Assembly: GCA_031835245.2 (NCBI GenBank)
Contig: JAVKOQ020000007.1
Location: 310,001 to 374,000 of the forward strand
Origin: Balamuthia mandrillaris
Taxonomy: Eukaryota
Reading direction: 5' to 3'
DNA length: 64,000 nucleotides
The position numbers and the translations under genes were made by a program. Numbering within the stretch: position 1 is the stretch's first letter; each line of letters starts with the position of its first letter. Below the pieces are notes generated by a model that saw nothing but the letters and a program-made list of their open reading frames with translations, did no database searches and had not been told where the DNA came from. Shown here piece by piece: positions 11,608 to 22,683 of the stretch.

Positions 11608-13795
11608 ATGGGAAGAAGAGAACGGCTGTGCCTGTTTCACGCCTTTCCGGCGCCGCTGCGATGGCGCACCTTTTGTCATGCGACTTTACCACCGCCACAA
11701 AGTAATGGTAGCACGCTCCTCCGTTCTCTCTCGCGAAACCACCCTCCAACAAAACCCAACCTCTCTTATTCTTATCATCGGCTTCTCCTTCGTCGGTCCT
11801 TTTCTTCTGCTTCATCTCCCTCTCACGTCGGCGACGACACCGTCGTGCGTAGGCACCACGTCTGGATCTGCGATGAGGGTTGGGAAGACCCTCTCTCCAA
11901 AGATCTCCTCCAAATAGAACAACAACAGCAACAGCATCCACCTCGTCGTCCTCGTCGTCGTTCTGCTCAACAACAGCAGCCAACCTATGAATACCATCAG
12001 CACAAAGGCTGGGTCGAGGTGGTAGAGAAAGTGAGCAAGGGGCCTCCGCTTCCTCCCATCACCGAAGAGGAGCTTCGCTTCGGCCGCCGCATCGATCCTC
12101 TCCTCTTCCACACTCAAATGAAAGAAGCCGAAGTAGCTGAAAAGGAAGAAGACAAAGGAGAAGGAGAGGACCAGTCGCTCACGCAACGGCAAAAGAAGGA
12201 GTGCGCATGGGGACATCAGTTCCTGCAGGATTGCCATGTGGTGGAGGCGCGCTCCATCAGCGCTCTTGCCCGGAAGGCGGTGGACAAGGTGCTGCCCTCC
12301 TTGCTTCGCACTTTGCCTCCTCCCTTGCCCTCTACCGCGGCCGCGGCGAGCCATCAAGTGGCCGTGGTGGATGCAATGGAGGGACATGGCAGTGTGGGTG
12401 GAATTCATGCTTGGTGTCTGCATTCCTTTGGTAAGTCTTAACCACCGTTTCGCTTCTCTCATTCACCTCATCTTGCTCTCCCCCTTCTCTGCTATTATGC
12501 TGCTCTCGTTCTCTCGTCATCTCCTGCTATTCTTCTCTCGTTCTCTTTCGTCTGATGCTTTTTACTTTAAACACAGCTCCAGACACCCGTACCTCTCCAT
12601 TCTATCGACGGTCGAAGCTCATTGGTGAAGCGTTTTTGGAGGAACTGAAAGACCGAAGAAAGAAGTTGATACGAAACCTGGTTCCAGAAGGTTTGTTCTT
12701 TCGTACGTCTTCGCCCACGAGTCTCTCTCTCTTCTAACACCACCTTCCTCCCCTTCTTCTCCTTTCACAATATACACTACCGAAGGAACATCGGTGTTGC
12801 CTGGAACAACACTTGTTCAACTCTTCTTGGCGGAAAAGAATAAGCTCTATGTGTCTTGCGATAGGTTGAGCTTTTGTGCCAACTTAGGGTGGATGCGTCC
12901 TCTGCCATGGACAGCTGGTTGTATGCCAATTTCTCCTGATCCTGTGCCTCCTTCTCGCGCTTATCGAAAGATTGAAGAGGTTAGCTGATACTTTCTTCTT
13001 GTTCACTCACTTTTGTTTCGTACTTGCTGGTTCTCTCGCTTTTGTTTCGTTCTTGCTCCTTTCTTTCAACAACAATTGCTAACATACGACAACAAGATGG
13101 CCAGACTCATTACTGATCCAGAGACACAACAACGGCTCATGTTGGCTCCTGGTTCATACTGTGTTGAGTTAGGATCAGCTCCTGGTGGCATGACAAAGAA
13201 GTTATTGGATTGGGGCGTCAGGGTAGTCAGCGTGGACCGGTCGCCGTTGCATCCCAAGCTGATGCGCCATCCTAATCTGGTCGTTCACAAACAGGCTGAT
13301 GGCGGTTTGTCTCTTCTCTCTTTTGCCTTATCTCTTCTCTTTGTTTTAATCCTTCTATTAAACAACCTGATGTGAACCTTCAACAGCACTGTGGACACCA
13401 AACAGGCAAGTAGATACAGTGCTATGCGACATGCTATTTGCTGCTGACCGCTCTAGCGAGGTGCTTCTTTCATGGGCGAAAGAGAAGCGTTGCAAAAACT
13501 TCATTTGGACTCTCAAGTTTACCGGTAACTTTCTTCGAGGTATTTGTTTGAAAGTGGTTTTATGTATTCATGCATTGTCACCGCAGGAAAGAATCAATAT
13601 GAAACGGTTTTGCCGAAAGTAAGAGAAGGGCTCAAGAGGCTTGGCGTTCCTTTTGTCATCCGCCATCTGACCAACCACGGCAACGAGTTGGTTGTGATTG
13701 GAAGGGTGGTCGTTCCCCCTCCGCGACATTACGACCTAGCAGAACCCGATGCTCCTGTGGCTCTCCCTCTCCCAAAAAATGATGTTTTTACTTAG
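11608..13795 (+). CDS. RlmM-like (FtsJ-family) rRNA 2'-O-methyltransferase, multi-exon; start codon uncertain
   Basis: PPSRAYRKIEE, CVELGSAPGGMT, VVSVD, LCDM, IWTLKF, RHL..HGNE parallel bacterial RlmM (APSRSTLKLEEA, DLGACPGGWT, VCDM, IFNLKL) and supply the K-D-K-E tetrad. Confidence 0.8.
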
Positions 13796-14058
13796 ATCAT
13801 AGCAGTAAACTTGGATCGGGTGTTTTTTTTGTTATTGTCAGCAGCAACAACACGGGGTGTTGATCTCTTATTTGTCGACATTTATAATTATTCACTTGAA
13901 ATTAAGAATCTGGGTCGTCATGAGATTTTAGAAACTTGCAAATAACCGAAATTTCAGGACGACACGACCTAGCTGAGTTCGAGCGAGAAAACAGAAAAGA
14001 AGAGGAGGGCGGGATGGAAGGAGAGAAAGAACCGTTGATGGAGCTTCGTTTTTATCGC

Positions 14059-15608
14059 TCAGAGCTCCCTATTATTCAAAGAGACTTGGTTGTATTGGAA
14101 CGTGGCGTGCTCGTACAAATTGTGGGGGACATCATTTGCCCGCAACTGCAGAGACGAATCAAGCGAAAAGCGCAAAAGTTGCCCCTGTGTGTCTCTGTTC
14201 CCCTTCATATACACCTTCACTTGGCTGTGTTTGGGGCTGCTGAGCGTGAATTTTCCTCCCTCGAAGAAATAGGAAATCTGTTTGGTCCACCGCCAGTTAA
14301 GACTTTCCGGTTGGGTTCTTATGCCATCCTGCAACCCCCCCTTACCATTGCCCACACAAGCAACGGCGAAACCTGAGTCAAGGTCAATTATTGCGTTTAC
14401 AACAAACAAAACGTTTTACTATGGCCAGAAGAAGGTTAGCTACAGTGTTGTTCGTTTTCTTCCTCCTCTTCACCACCGTTTTCCGGTTGTGACTTACTTA
14501 TTCCTTCCAGAGGCAGATACTGATGAATCTCAGGATGAGCTTTGAGACCTTTTGATGCCCAGGTCACAGGTTCTTTCCTCTTTGTTCGCCGTCGTTTTTG
14601 TTGTGGTTCAGGCAGTGTTCCTTCTGTGCGATACAGTTCTTGGTGGTAGGAATATGCCAGTTGTTGATAGCAAAAGTTTTTTTTGTCACTTCCTTGAATG
14701 CTGTGGCCGTTAGTTGGTATGTGCTTGTTCTGAAAGTGACGACTTTCTGTTGCATAATTGGCAAATCGTTCCACTGACCCATACTTCTCTAGGAAGAATC
14801 CAAGGTGATAAATGAAGACATGGATATAAGGGGTAACTTCCTCATTGCCAAACGCCTGTGTGAACTTTGTTCCAAATTCCTGAGCTAATTCTAACCACTC
14901 ATTCTCTGTAATAGTCACCTTAGGTTGGGAAGCAAGGCTAGCAAGCAAAGCAAAGTGATTCCACAGTTGTTTTATGTTTGCTGCCCGTTCTTGCGATTTT
15001 CTTCTCCTTGCTCGTTTTTCAACAGCTTTCAAGAATAGAGCTTGGTTCTCAAGAATACAAATGTAGTCTGGGCGGCCAAATCGTGCTTTTGCCACACGTT
15101 GCTTCAAGGTCTTCATTTTATCATTCCTCTTTGGCAGTGTTATCTTTGCAGCCACAAAACACTTCTCCACTTCCTTGCACAGTTTTTTCTTGCCATGCGT
15201 GTACTCTGCTAGTTGCTCAACCAGCTTTCGCATGACGCCCATGAAGCAATGCAACTGGCATGGGATCACATGATTGAACAGAATCCTTAGAAGAGGTTTG
15301 TCTTGAATCCCAAAGTTTGTTGCAGCAAAGCGCTTTTTTGCACTGTTTGACTTTAACTTTGCAGCTTCCTCTCCCTTTGTCCACATTTGGGTTTCATCTC
15401 AGAATGGCCACATCTCTCTTGTGAAATCAGCAATATTATCCATGTTGACAAGGCACCATGGGCATTTCCATTGCGACTTTGGGTGATAGCAAGTATACAG
15501 CCCAAGGACTTTGATGAGCGCGGCCATATCACACACAAGCACCGGTTCAAGAGCATAGTGTACAGTTTTCATGTGGTACAGCACCAGCCTCGAGTAAACG
15601 AGTTCCAA
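14059..15608 (-). pseudogene. RAG1/Transib-like DDE transposase remnant: 5'-truncated, with an in-frame TGA at 15401-15399 and a spliced last exon 14372-14059
   Basis: VLVCDMAAL..LGL, CPWC, PCQLHCFMG, VTPYIHVFIYH and YGSVERFANYATESRH follow the RAG1 core motifs in order. GTAAGT donor at 14497 and CTCAG acceptor at 14373 keep the frame. Confidence 0.75.
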
Positions 15609-16014
15609 GAAAAAAATTTCGTAATTTCGTAAAAAATTAGCAGGTTCCTAAATTGCGTATGGATCCAAGGGCACTGCTAAACTTGCCATATAACTTTGAT
15701 TGGCAAAAATTCCAAGGTGACGTCACTTAGAAACCTGCTAATTTCAAGTGTCAGTCCACAAAGTTTCTCTGTTTTCCGCTTGTTGTCTTTATTTGGAGCA
15801 TCTCAAAATGTACACTTTTAGCGAACGTTCACCAAAAGTTTACCAACATATGTACATATCTACAGAGAAGATGATCTGGTATTGTCTGGCTCAAGCAAAT
15901 TTTAGTTTTCCCACCAAATTTTGTATGGTGAGAGTTAAATTTGCTTGAGCCGACCAATAGCCAACGAAGAGCTACAACGACGGCTCGTAACAACTCGTCT
16001 TCTCTTCTCTCTCT

Positions 16015-17742
16015 TCACCTCCACGTAGGGGTGCCTCGTTGCTTGCTCGCGTTGACGAGTTGGTGAAGCTGCTGTTGACGTTGACTTGGTTGTTGAGGGG
16101 CAACAGTCGGTTGTGGTCTGCGGCCGGAAGCCACGGGAAAGCCCGACCCCAACGGGTGCACGGAGTAGATGGTCTGCGGTTGCTCCCCTGGGGCAGCGTA
16201 AACGGCAGGAGAGGGTGTGGAGGGACAGAAGGAGTTGTTGACCGTGGTGGGCGGGCAGGTCGGGGTTCCCACGGAACTTTCCGTTCGGTTCCGCCCACCA
16301 CATAAATAGAACGGTTGTTCCGCCGCCTCCACCGCCACTGCTTCCTCTCGTTGCTTTTCCTCTCCCATCCAGCCCTCCGTTTTTGCCTTTGCCGCTATCG
16401 GTTGCTGCTGTTGTTGTTCGCAAGGAAAAGATGATGCCCGCCTAAGGGGCGGAGATGAATCAGAAGAAGATGAACTATTAGTTCTTCCTGCAGGGCCACT
16501 GGCGGGAGGAGGGGAAGAGGCAGGGGGAAGGGAAGACGGAGCCGGAGGAGGGTGTTGATCTAAACGAAAGTCCAGTTCGTTGGGGCCTTGCTTCAAAAAC
16601 CTTTTTTTGGCCCGCATGCCTTTCTTCCGACGGAGCGCCGCCTGTCGTTGCCGTTCGATCTCGAACATGGTCATCGTCGGCGTGGAAGAGGAGGAGGAGG
16701 AGGAGGAGGAGGGGTGAGTACCAGCAGTTGATCTCTTTGTTCGCTGCCCATCTTTTTTGGTTGTTGAGCCCCTGCGATCTCCTCTTCCCTCTTTAAAGCT
16801 CACCTGACCCCCGGCAACGTTTTTTCTTGAAGACGACCGAGGAGGGCGTTGGCTGTTATTGGTGGGGGTGGAGGAGAAAGGGGGAAGAGAAGCAGCAGGT
16901 GATGACTGATGTCTTTGTGGGGATGATCTTTTCGTTGTTGAGGTGGTTGAACTTTTCAAAAAAGATGAGTAGGAGGAACCACTTGTTGAGAATGAAGATT
17001 GTTCGTCACCTGCTTCCCCCTCCTGCTCACTCAATCTTCTTCCATCTCTCCTCTCTGTTGTCCCCAAACGAAAAGATCTTCGCTTGGGTCGCGAGTGGCT
17101 GTCATCATCTTCTTCCCCCTCGTTGCTCTTTCTTTTTGGCTGAAGCTGAGGAGGACAAGGAGCCTGGGGATGACCACAGAAAGAGGTGTAGGAGGCTGTG
17201 GGGATTGGTGGCGAGGAGGAGGAGTAGGAAGGTGCTAGATGAGGTTGAGGTTGAGGATGACCAAAGGATGGTGAAGGCAGGTGAGGGTGGGGCTGAGAAG
17301 GGAGAGAGGCTGTTGGTGATGGAGGGATGAGGTTGGAGCAAATCTCTTCTACCGCTGGGTTAAAGATCTCAGCGTTGTTTTCCTTGTTCAGCAGTGGGCG
17401 TTGACCCATGTCTGGGAGTTGTCTTGGGCTGCTCCAAGGGGGTGGGTGAGAGAGACGAGGAGGATGGTGGACTTGTGGGTGAACGTGTTGACCAAGGGGC
17501 ATCCTGGTCTGCTGTTGTTGTTGGTCTTGAAAATAGTGGAAGGAAGATGTTTCCTCTCCATGGAAGGAAGCAAAAGTGGGCTGAGGAGAGGAAGAGCAAG
17601 GAGAAGAAGAACAGGACGAGGGCTGATGAGGTTGGTACTGAGGAGGAAGAAGCATGGCCTGGGCCAGAGGGTTCGGTCTGGATGGAGGAGATGTGGATGC
17701 TGAGGATGCGGCAGTGGCGAGGAAGAAAACCGAAGGGTGCAT
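16015..17742 (-). CDS. Hypothetical low-complexity Pro/Ser/Gln-rich protein with a basic (NLS-like) segment
   Basis: Uninterrupted 575-aa ORF with basic stretch RQRQAALRRKKGMRAKKRF. No recognisable domain, and the 3' end is uncertain. Confidence 0.45.
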   Translation of the reverse strand: MHPSVFFLATAASSASTSPPSRPNPLAQAMLLPPQYQPHQPSSCSSSPCSSSPQPTFASFHGEETSSFHYFQDQQQQQTRMPLGQHVHPQVHHPPRLSHPPPWSSPRQLPDMGQRPLLNKENNAEIFNPAVEEICSNLIPPSPTASLPSQPHPHLPSPSFGHPQPQPHLAPSYSSSSPPIPTASYTSFCGHPQAPCPPQLQPKRKSNEGEEDDDSHSRPKRRSFRLGTTERRDGRRLSEQEGEAGDEQSSFSTSGSSYSSFLKSSTTSTTKRSSPQRHQSSPAASLPPFSSTPTNNSQRPPRSSSRKNVAGGQVSFKEGRGDRRGSTTKKDGQRTKRSTAGTHPSSSSSSSSSTPTMTMFEIERQRQAALRRKKGMRAKKRFLKQGPNELDFRLDQHPPPAPSSLPPASSPPPASGPAGRTNSSSSSDSSPPLRRASSFPCEQQQQQPIAAKAKTEGWMGEEKQREEAVAVEAAEQPFYLCGGRNRTESSVGTPTCPPTTVNNSFCPSTPSPAVYAAPGEQPQTIYSVHPLGSGFPVASGRRPQPTVAPQQPSQRQQQLHQLVNASKQRGTPTWR

Positions 17743-18447
17743 GGACCGGTTATGTTTTCTTCTTGTGGTTGAAAATAAAAACCAAAAAGATGAACCTCTT
17801 CCAGTTCAAGTGTTCTTTTTTTTTTTTTGGTTTTATTTTACAGAATAAAAGTTAAAAGGAAAAAGATTGCTCACTTTAGTGGTTGGAAGTCAGATGTTAT
17901 GGAGTTGTCCACTCCGGTGAGGCGGAACAGATCGTTCCGGAACAACCAAGGCAAATCAAAAGCTGCATAGCGACAACGCGGATACGGAAAACGAAAAGAA
18001 AACACGTCCTCTTAGAAAAGCTGGGAGATAAGGCTTTTCTGAACCAAAGAAAGAAAAAAACAAAAAGAAAAGGGTTCGTCGTGTGCAAAGGAAAACCCAG
18101 TAGAAGCTACCGCAATAGAAAAAAAAAAAACCAAAAGCAAAAAAAGAAAGCCGGCTCCTAACCATGCAACAACAAAAAAAAAAATGCCATGGCGCCAGCA
18201 GGGCATAATGTCCGACTCACCAAGCATTACCCGAACTTTCAGTTGATTCATTCATCCGGTGAGGAGATTTGGCGAGACCGCTGACCTTAAATAATGCTTC
18301 TCCTTTGTGCAATTCTTAGGTATCGACGTGGCATTTACTGGAAAAAGGTATCGAGGACGTGGCATTAGGGCTTAGAATTAGGGGTGACGTGGCAGTTTCC
18401 ATAAAAAGCAAATTAATAATAGAATTGAAAGCAAAGAAGAAGAAAAG

Positions 18448-20580
18448 ATGGAAGAACACAGCGGGCGGTGGATGTCTTTTGGGGGTTTTATCGCCTCTGG
18501 CTGCCTCCTGTCGCTCGCCACAGCGGCGGTCGTCGCCAAACGGCGCTATTCCGGCATGGGCAAAAGAGTAGGCTTCCTGGTCTCCCTCTACACCGCCTCC
18601 CTCCTCGTCTTTCTCCTTTTCACTCGGCATCACCGCTTTCTTCTCTCCTCTGCTTCTTCGTTGCTTCCTCTTCTCTGGCTTCATTTTTGCGTGTATGCCT
18701 TTCACCTGGCCTACGCCTTTCCTCTCTTTCATCACAGGCTCTTTCGTCGCCTCATCGCGCTGCCAGGCTACTCCCTCTTCATCGCCTCTCTCTTAGCTCT
18801 GCCGCTCACGCTCGCCCTTCGTTTGGCGCTCTTCATTTTGGAGCACACCTGCCCTCCTGCTGCATCCTCTTCTTCTTCCACGTCCTCCTATGCTGAGGCG
18901 TTGCAACTCACGCTCTCTCTTCTGCTCTCCAACTTTTATCCCTCTGTTACTTCCTTTTCGTTTCTTCCTTCTCTCTCCTCTCCACTTTCTTCTTCTTCCT
19001 CTTCTCGCGAAGAGAGAGAAGAACAGCTGAGGCAATGCTTTGTGGCAGTGCCGGAGCATTTCGTGCCGACGCTGAGCTGGATGGATCGGGTGGTGAGGGA
19101 CAACGACGCGCTGGTGGTGGTTGTTTGCTGCGTTGCCTTTGCGATCGTTGTCCTCTTTCAGGCCTTCTCTTCTCGCTTTGAAGTTGTTTCCGTGCAACTG
19201 CATCATTCATATTCTTCTTGTTCTTCTTCTTGTTCTTCTTGTTCTTCTTCTTGTTCTTCTTCTTCTTCTTCTTGTTCTTCTTCTTGTTCTTCTTGTTCTT
19301 CTTCTTCTTCTTCTTCTTCTTCTTCTCCTTCTTCTTCTTCTTCTTCTTCTAGTTCGGCAGTTCAGAGAGTACATTCCAAACGTGTTATTTCTTCGACTTC
19401 TTTGGCGACAAAGAATAAGAAAGAAGGAGAAGTGAAGGAAGAGAATGAAGAAGAAAGGGAGTTTACAGTGTGTCAAATAACCGACCCACATGTTGGATTG
19501 TTTATGTCTGCAGAACACTTGCGAAAGCTTTGTCAGCAGATCGTGGACTTGAGTAACGCTTCTCTCTTTCCTATTCTTGCTCTCTCTCACTCTCTCTCTT
19601 TCTCTCTCTGTCTCTCTTTTTCTTTAAGCTTTTTCATTATCTTTCTTAAACTATGATATCTAAGCCTTGCATTCTTTCTGTTCGAATAGATCCAACCTTC
19701 GTATTATTGACGGGAGATATGTTCGCAGCAGAGGTGCACAGAGACGAACTGTGCACTCAACAACTGGCATATGCGCTTGCGCCTCTCTCCCAACTTAAAA
19801 GACGTGCTTTTGCCTGTCTCGGGGTGCGTCATTATTTCAGCATTATATGTGCATCTCTTAAAATTAACCCTTTCGTACAATTAACCCATAGAATCATGAC
19901 TATGAAGGGTTGCCTTGCATTAAGAAAGGATTAGCAGCAGCAGGCGTCAAACTGTTATGCGATGAGCAAACGTCCATTACTACTGGTTTGTTACAAACCT
20001 TTTGTTCTCTAGTTTTTATTTAGATTGACCCAAAACAAAAAAATATCATAGAATTCGGAGTGGTGGATATAATTGGAAGTCATTTCATATTTCCCACGAG
20101 ACGCAAAGGACCTCATCTGGTTGATCTGTGTCATCGTTTCCCTCCATCCTCTCCTTCTGCTCTTCGGTTGATGCTCATTCACGATCCCGCTGGCTTTGAT
20201 CACATCTCTCCAGAGGAATCACTCATCGTGTTTGCAGGTTTTGCTCTCTATCCTCACTTCTGTCCTTCTCTCGTTCTCTCTTTCCTTCTTCCTATTTTTC
20301 TGATTTATTCTACTCTAAATCATTTCTTCCGGCATCGACCACCATCTTCACTTCAGGCCATGTGCACGGTGGCCAATTAGGACTAACATCGGTAGGACTT
20401 CCATGGACCTACGCACGTCTACGATACAAAGTGCCGGACTATGGCTGGTGGGTCCATGGCAACAAGCATCTGTACGTGCATCGTGGTAACGGACAACACT
20501 CCTTTCCATTCCGTTTCGGCGTTGCAAGAGAACACAGTTTACTTCGAGTCACACTTTCAAAGAAGAAACTTGGTCGTTAA
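18448..20580 (+). CDS. Transmembrane metallophosphoesterase (YkuE/TMPPE-like), multi-exon
   Basis: Hydrophobic N-terminus. Calcineurin-like motifs ITDPH, LTGDM, LG|NHD, LIHDP and GHVHGGQ. Confidence 0.88.
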
Positions 20581-20617
20581 ATTTCCTTTTTGTCTCCTCC
20601 TATTATTGTGTACATTC

Positions 20618-22484
20618 TTACAAAACAGGTTTTCGTCTAACTCTTTGGCTTCGTCGTAATGGCTGGAGTGCAGGCTTACTATTACGTTCTGGTTCGTTGT
20701 TGTTATTGTTGTTCACTTGGTTCTCTTTGTTGGCGTTATTGGTGGAGTTATTGGTTTCTTTTGTGTGAAGGGCTAAACTTCGTCTAGCACGAGTGTTTTT
20801 GGTCTCTTGAACAAGTTTGGAGGCTGGAGAAAGGGGAACTGCTCTTCGTTTGGCGAGTCGTCTCTTACTGTTAGAACGTGAAGAAGGATGAAGAGGAGAG
20901 GCAAATGGGGAAGCAGATGATGACTCTTTTGTAGTTGAAGTCGATGTCGAGTTTCGCGAAGGAGAAAGTAAACCCTTGGAAGGAGGAGGAGACCAAAAGG
21001 GGGAGCTTGGGTGAAGTCGAGAAGGAAGAGGAGAAGCCAAAAGTCCTCTTTTTGTTGTTGACGAAGAAGAAGGAAGGGGAGAAGAAGGAAAGAGCTCTAA
21101 TGGAGTTGGCACACGCGGAGGAGATGCCTCCGAGACGGGATAAAGAGCTTGAGCACGAAGCTCTGGAGGGATGCCCGCCAGACCGTTGCGAGATACCACG
21201 GTGCAACGCTCCTCAGAGAAGAAGTTGGGTTGCTGGCGCAGCGGCTCAAAGAACGGATGCTTCAATAGCAAAGCAGCATTCGCATCTGTAAACGAAGAAG
21301 AGAATCGTTTCATCACTTAATCTACCAAGAAAGAAGAAAGCAGAAGAGAAACGAAGAAGAGAAAAACAACAAGAAGCCTATGCCGAAGAAGAAAAACAAT
21401 CATGAAGGAGAAGGTACCGATTTTGCGAAGCTTGGCACGAAGGTCGTTGAGGACCTTACAGCGGACCTTTGGCCCCCATTTCCACGCTGCCACAAAGTTG
21501 AGGTCTGTCTGTGGCATGAACAGCTCTTGCATCGTTATTCGTTTGTTGTAAAGTATCTCCCCACGTTCTGTCTTAATGCGGCTCAACCCAAAGTCTGGTT
21601 ATATTTTTGTTTAGCTCAAGAGAGACAAAGAGTGCAGTGGGGAAGAGAGAGAAGAAAAGCCTACCTGCAATCTTGACGACGTAACGCCAAGTATAAAAGT
21701 GTTGTCCATCCTCGTCAATATACACACAACACGATTTCTCTTGCTCTGCCTCTTCTTCCCCCTCGCCCTCCTCCTGAGCTTCAGCCGAACGGTTGAGCGA
21801 GCGGAGAAGAACATTGCGAGGGTGCAGGTCGTTGTGCACAAACTCGAGGTCGTTCTCAGCCACCGCCAACCCCCACAACGTCTGAAACAGGATCTCCCTG
21901 ACCTCTTCCAAAGAGAGCAGGTTTTGACAGCTGTTCAAAGGCCGTTCCACATATTCCATCACAAAATGAATGAACGCTTCTTTCGCTTCTTCTTCCTCCT
22001 CTTCCTCTTCCTCTTCCTGTGCTTCTTCTTCCTCTTGTTGGCAAAACAGAGGTTCGCGGTCCGTCTCGCATTGCATCCAGTCGTGCAGAAGGACAAAGTT
22101 GAAGGTCTTGTTTTGAAAGTGAAGGTCTCTTAGGAGAGCGTAGATGGCGCATTCGCGATGGCCTCTCTCCCGGGCTTCCGCCGTTTCGATCGGCTGTCTT
22201 TTGATGGCGTAAAGCTTCTGGTTGCTCCGCTTCGCCTCGCCGTCCTCGTTTTCAATTTCTTTTGCGCGCTGTGGAGGAGCTTTCGCTTTGTTGTGGACTA
22301 TCCAAACTTGTCCGTGTTTTCCGGTCAGTCGTTTGTTCTTGGTTGCGGTTGGTTTGTGTCTGCTCCGTGGTTGTTGTTCGTCGTGGGTGGGGGTTTCAGC
22401 AACCTGGTACTGCTTCAAACAAGTCCTTGGGGACTTGAGATTTCCTGGCGAACACGCCCGCTGTGGGCTGAACAGCGTCAACAT
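20618..22484 (-). CDS. Atypical (haspin-like) protein kinase, 3 exons
   Basis: GKHGQVW, YAIK, RECAIY, FVMEY, FVHNDLHPRNVLL and VKIA|DFGLSRI. Short activation region without APE, followed by a Ser/Pro-rich tail. Confidence 0.75.
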
Positions 22485-22683
22485 CCCCTTTTGTCTTCTC
22501 TCCTCTCCACTCTCTCTCTTGCTCTCTCCCTCTTAAGGCGGAGCAAATTTGTAGCATTCTTTCGTCGTTAGATATTTTGGCGGGAACACGCGAAATCTCA
22601 AGTGATCCCAGCGCCGGTTCAAATCCGCTCTACCACGTCTATTTTTTTGAGAGAAAAAAAAAGAAGTACAATTTTTTTTTTGG

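Noticed and set aside
13800..18420. RSS-like TIRs (CACAGTG heptamer/nonamer) and a RAG2-like partner around the RAG1-like ORF
   Set aside because: I found no convincing heptamer-nonamer pair, TSD or kelch-repeat ORF.
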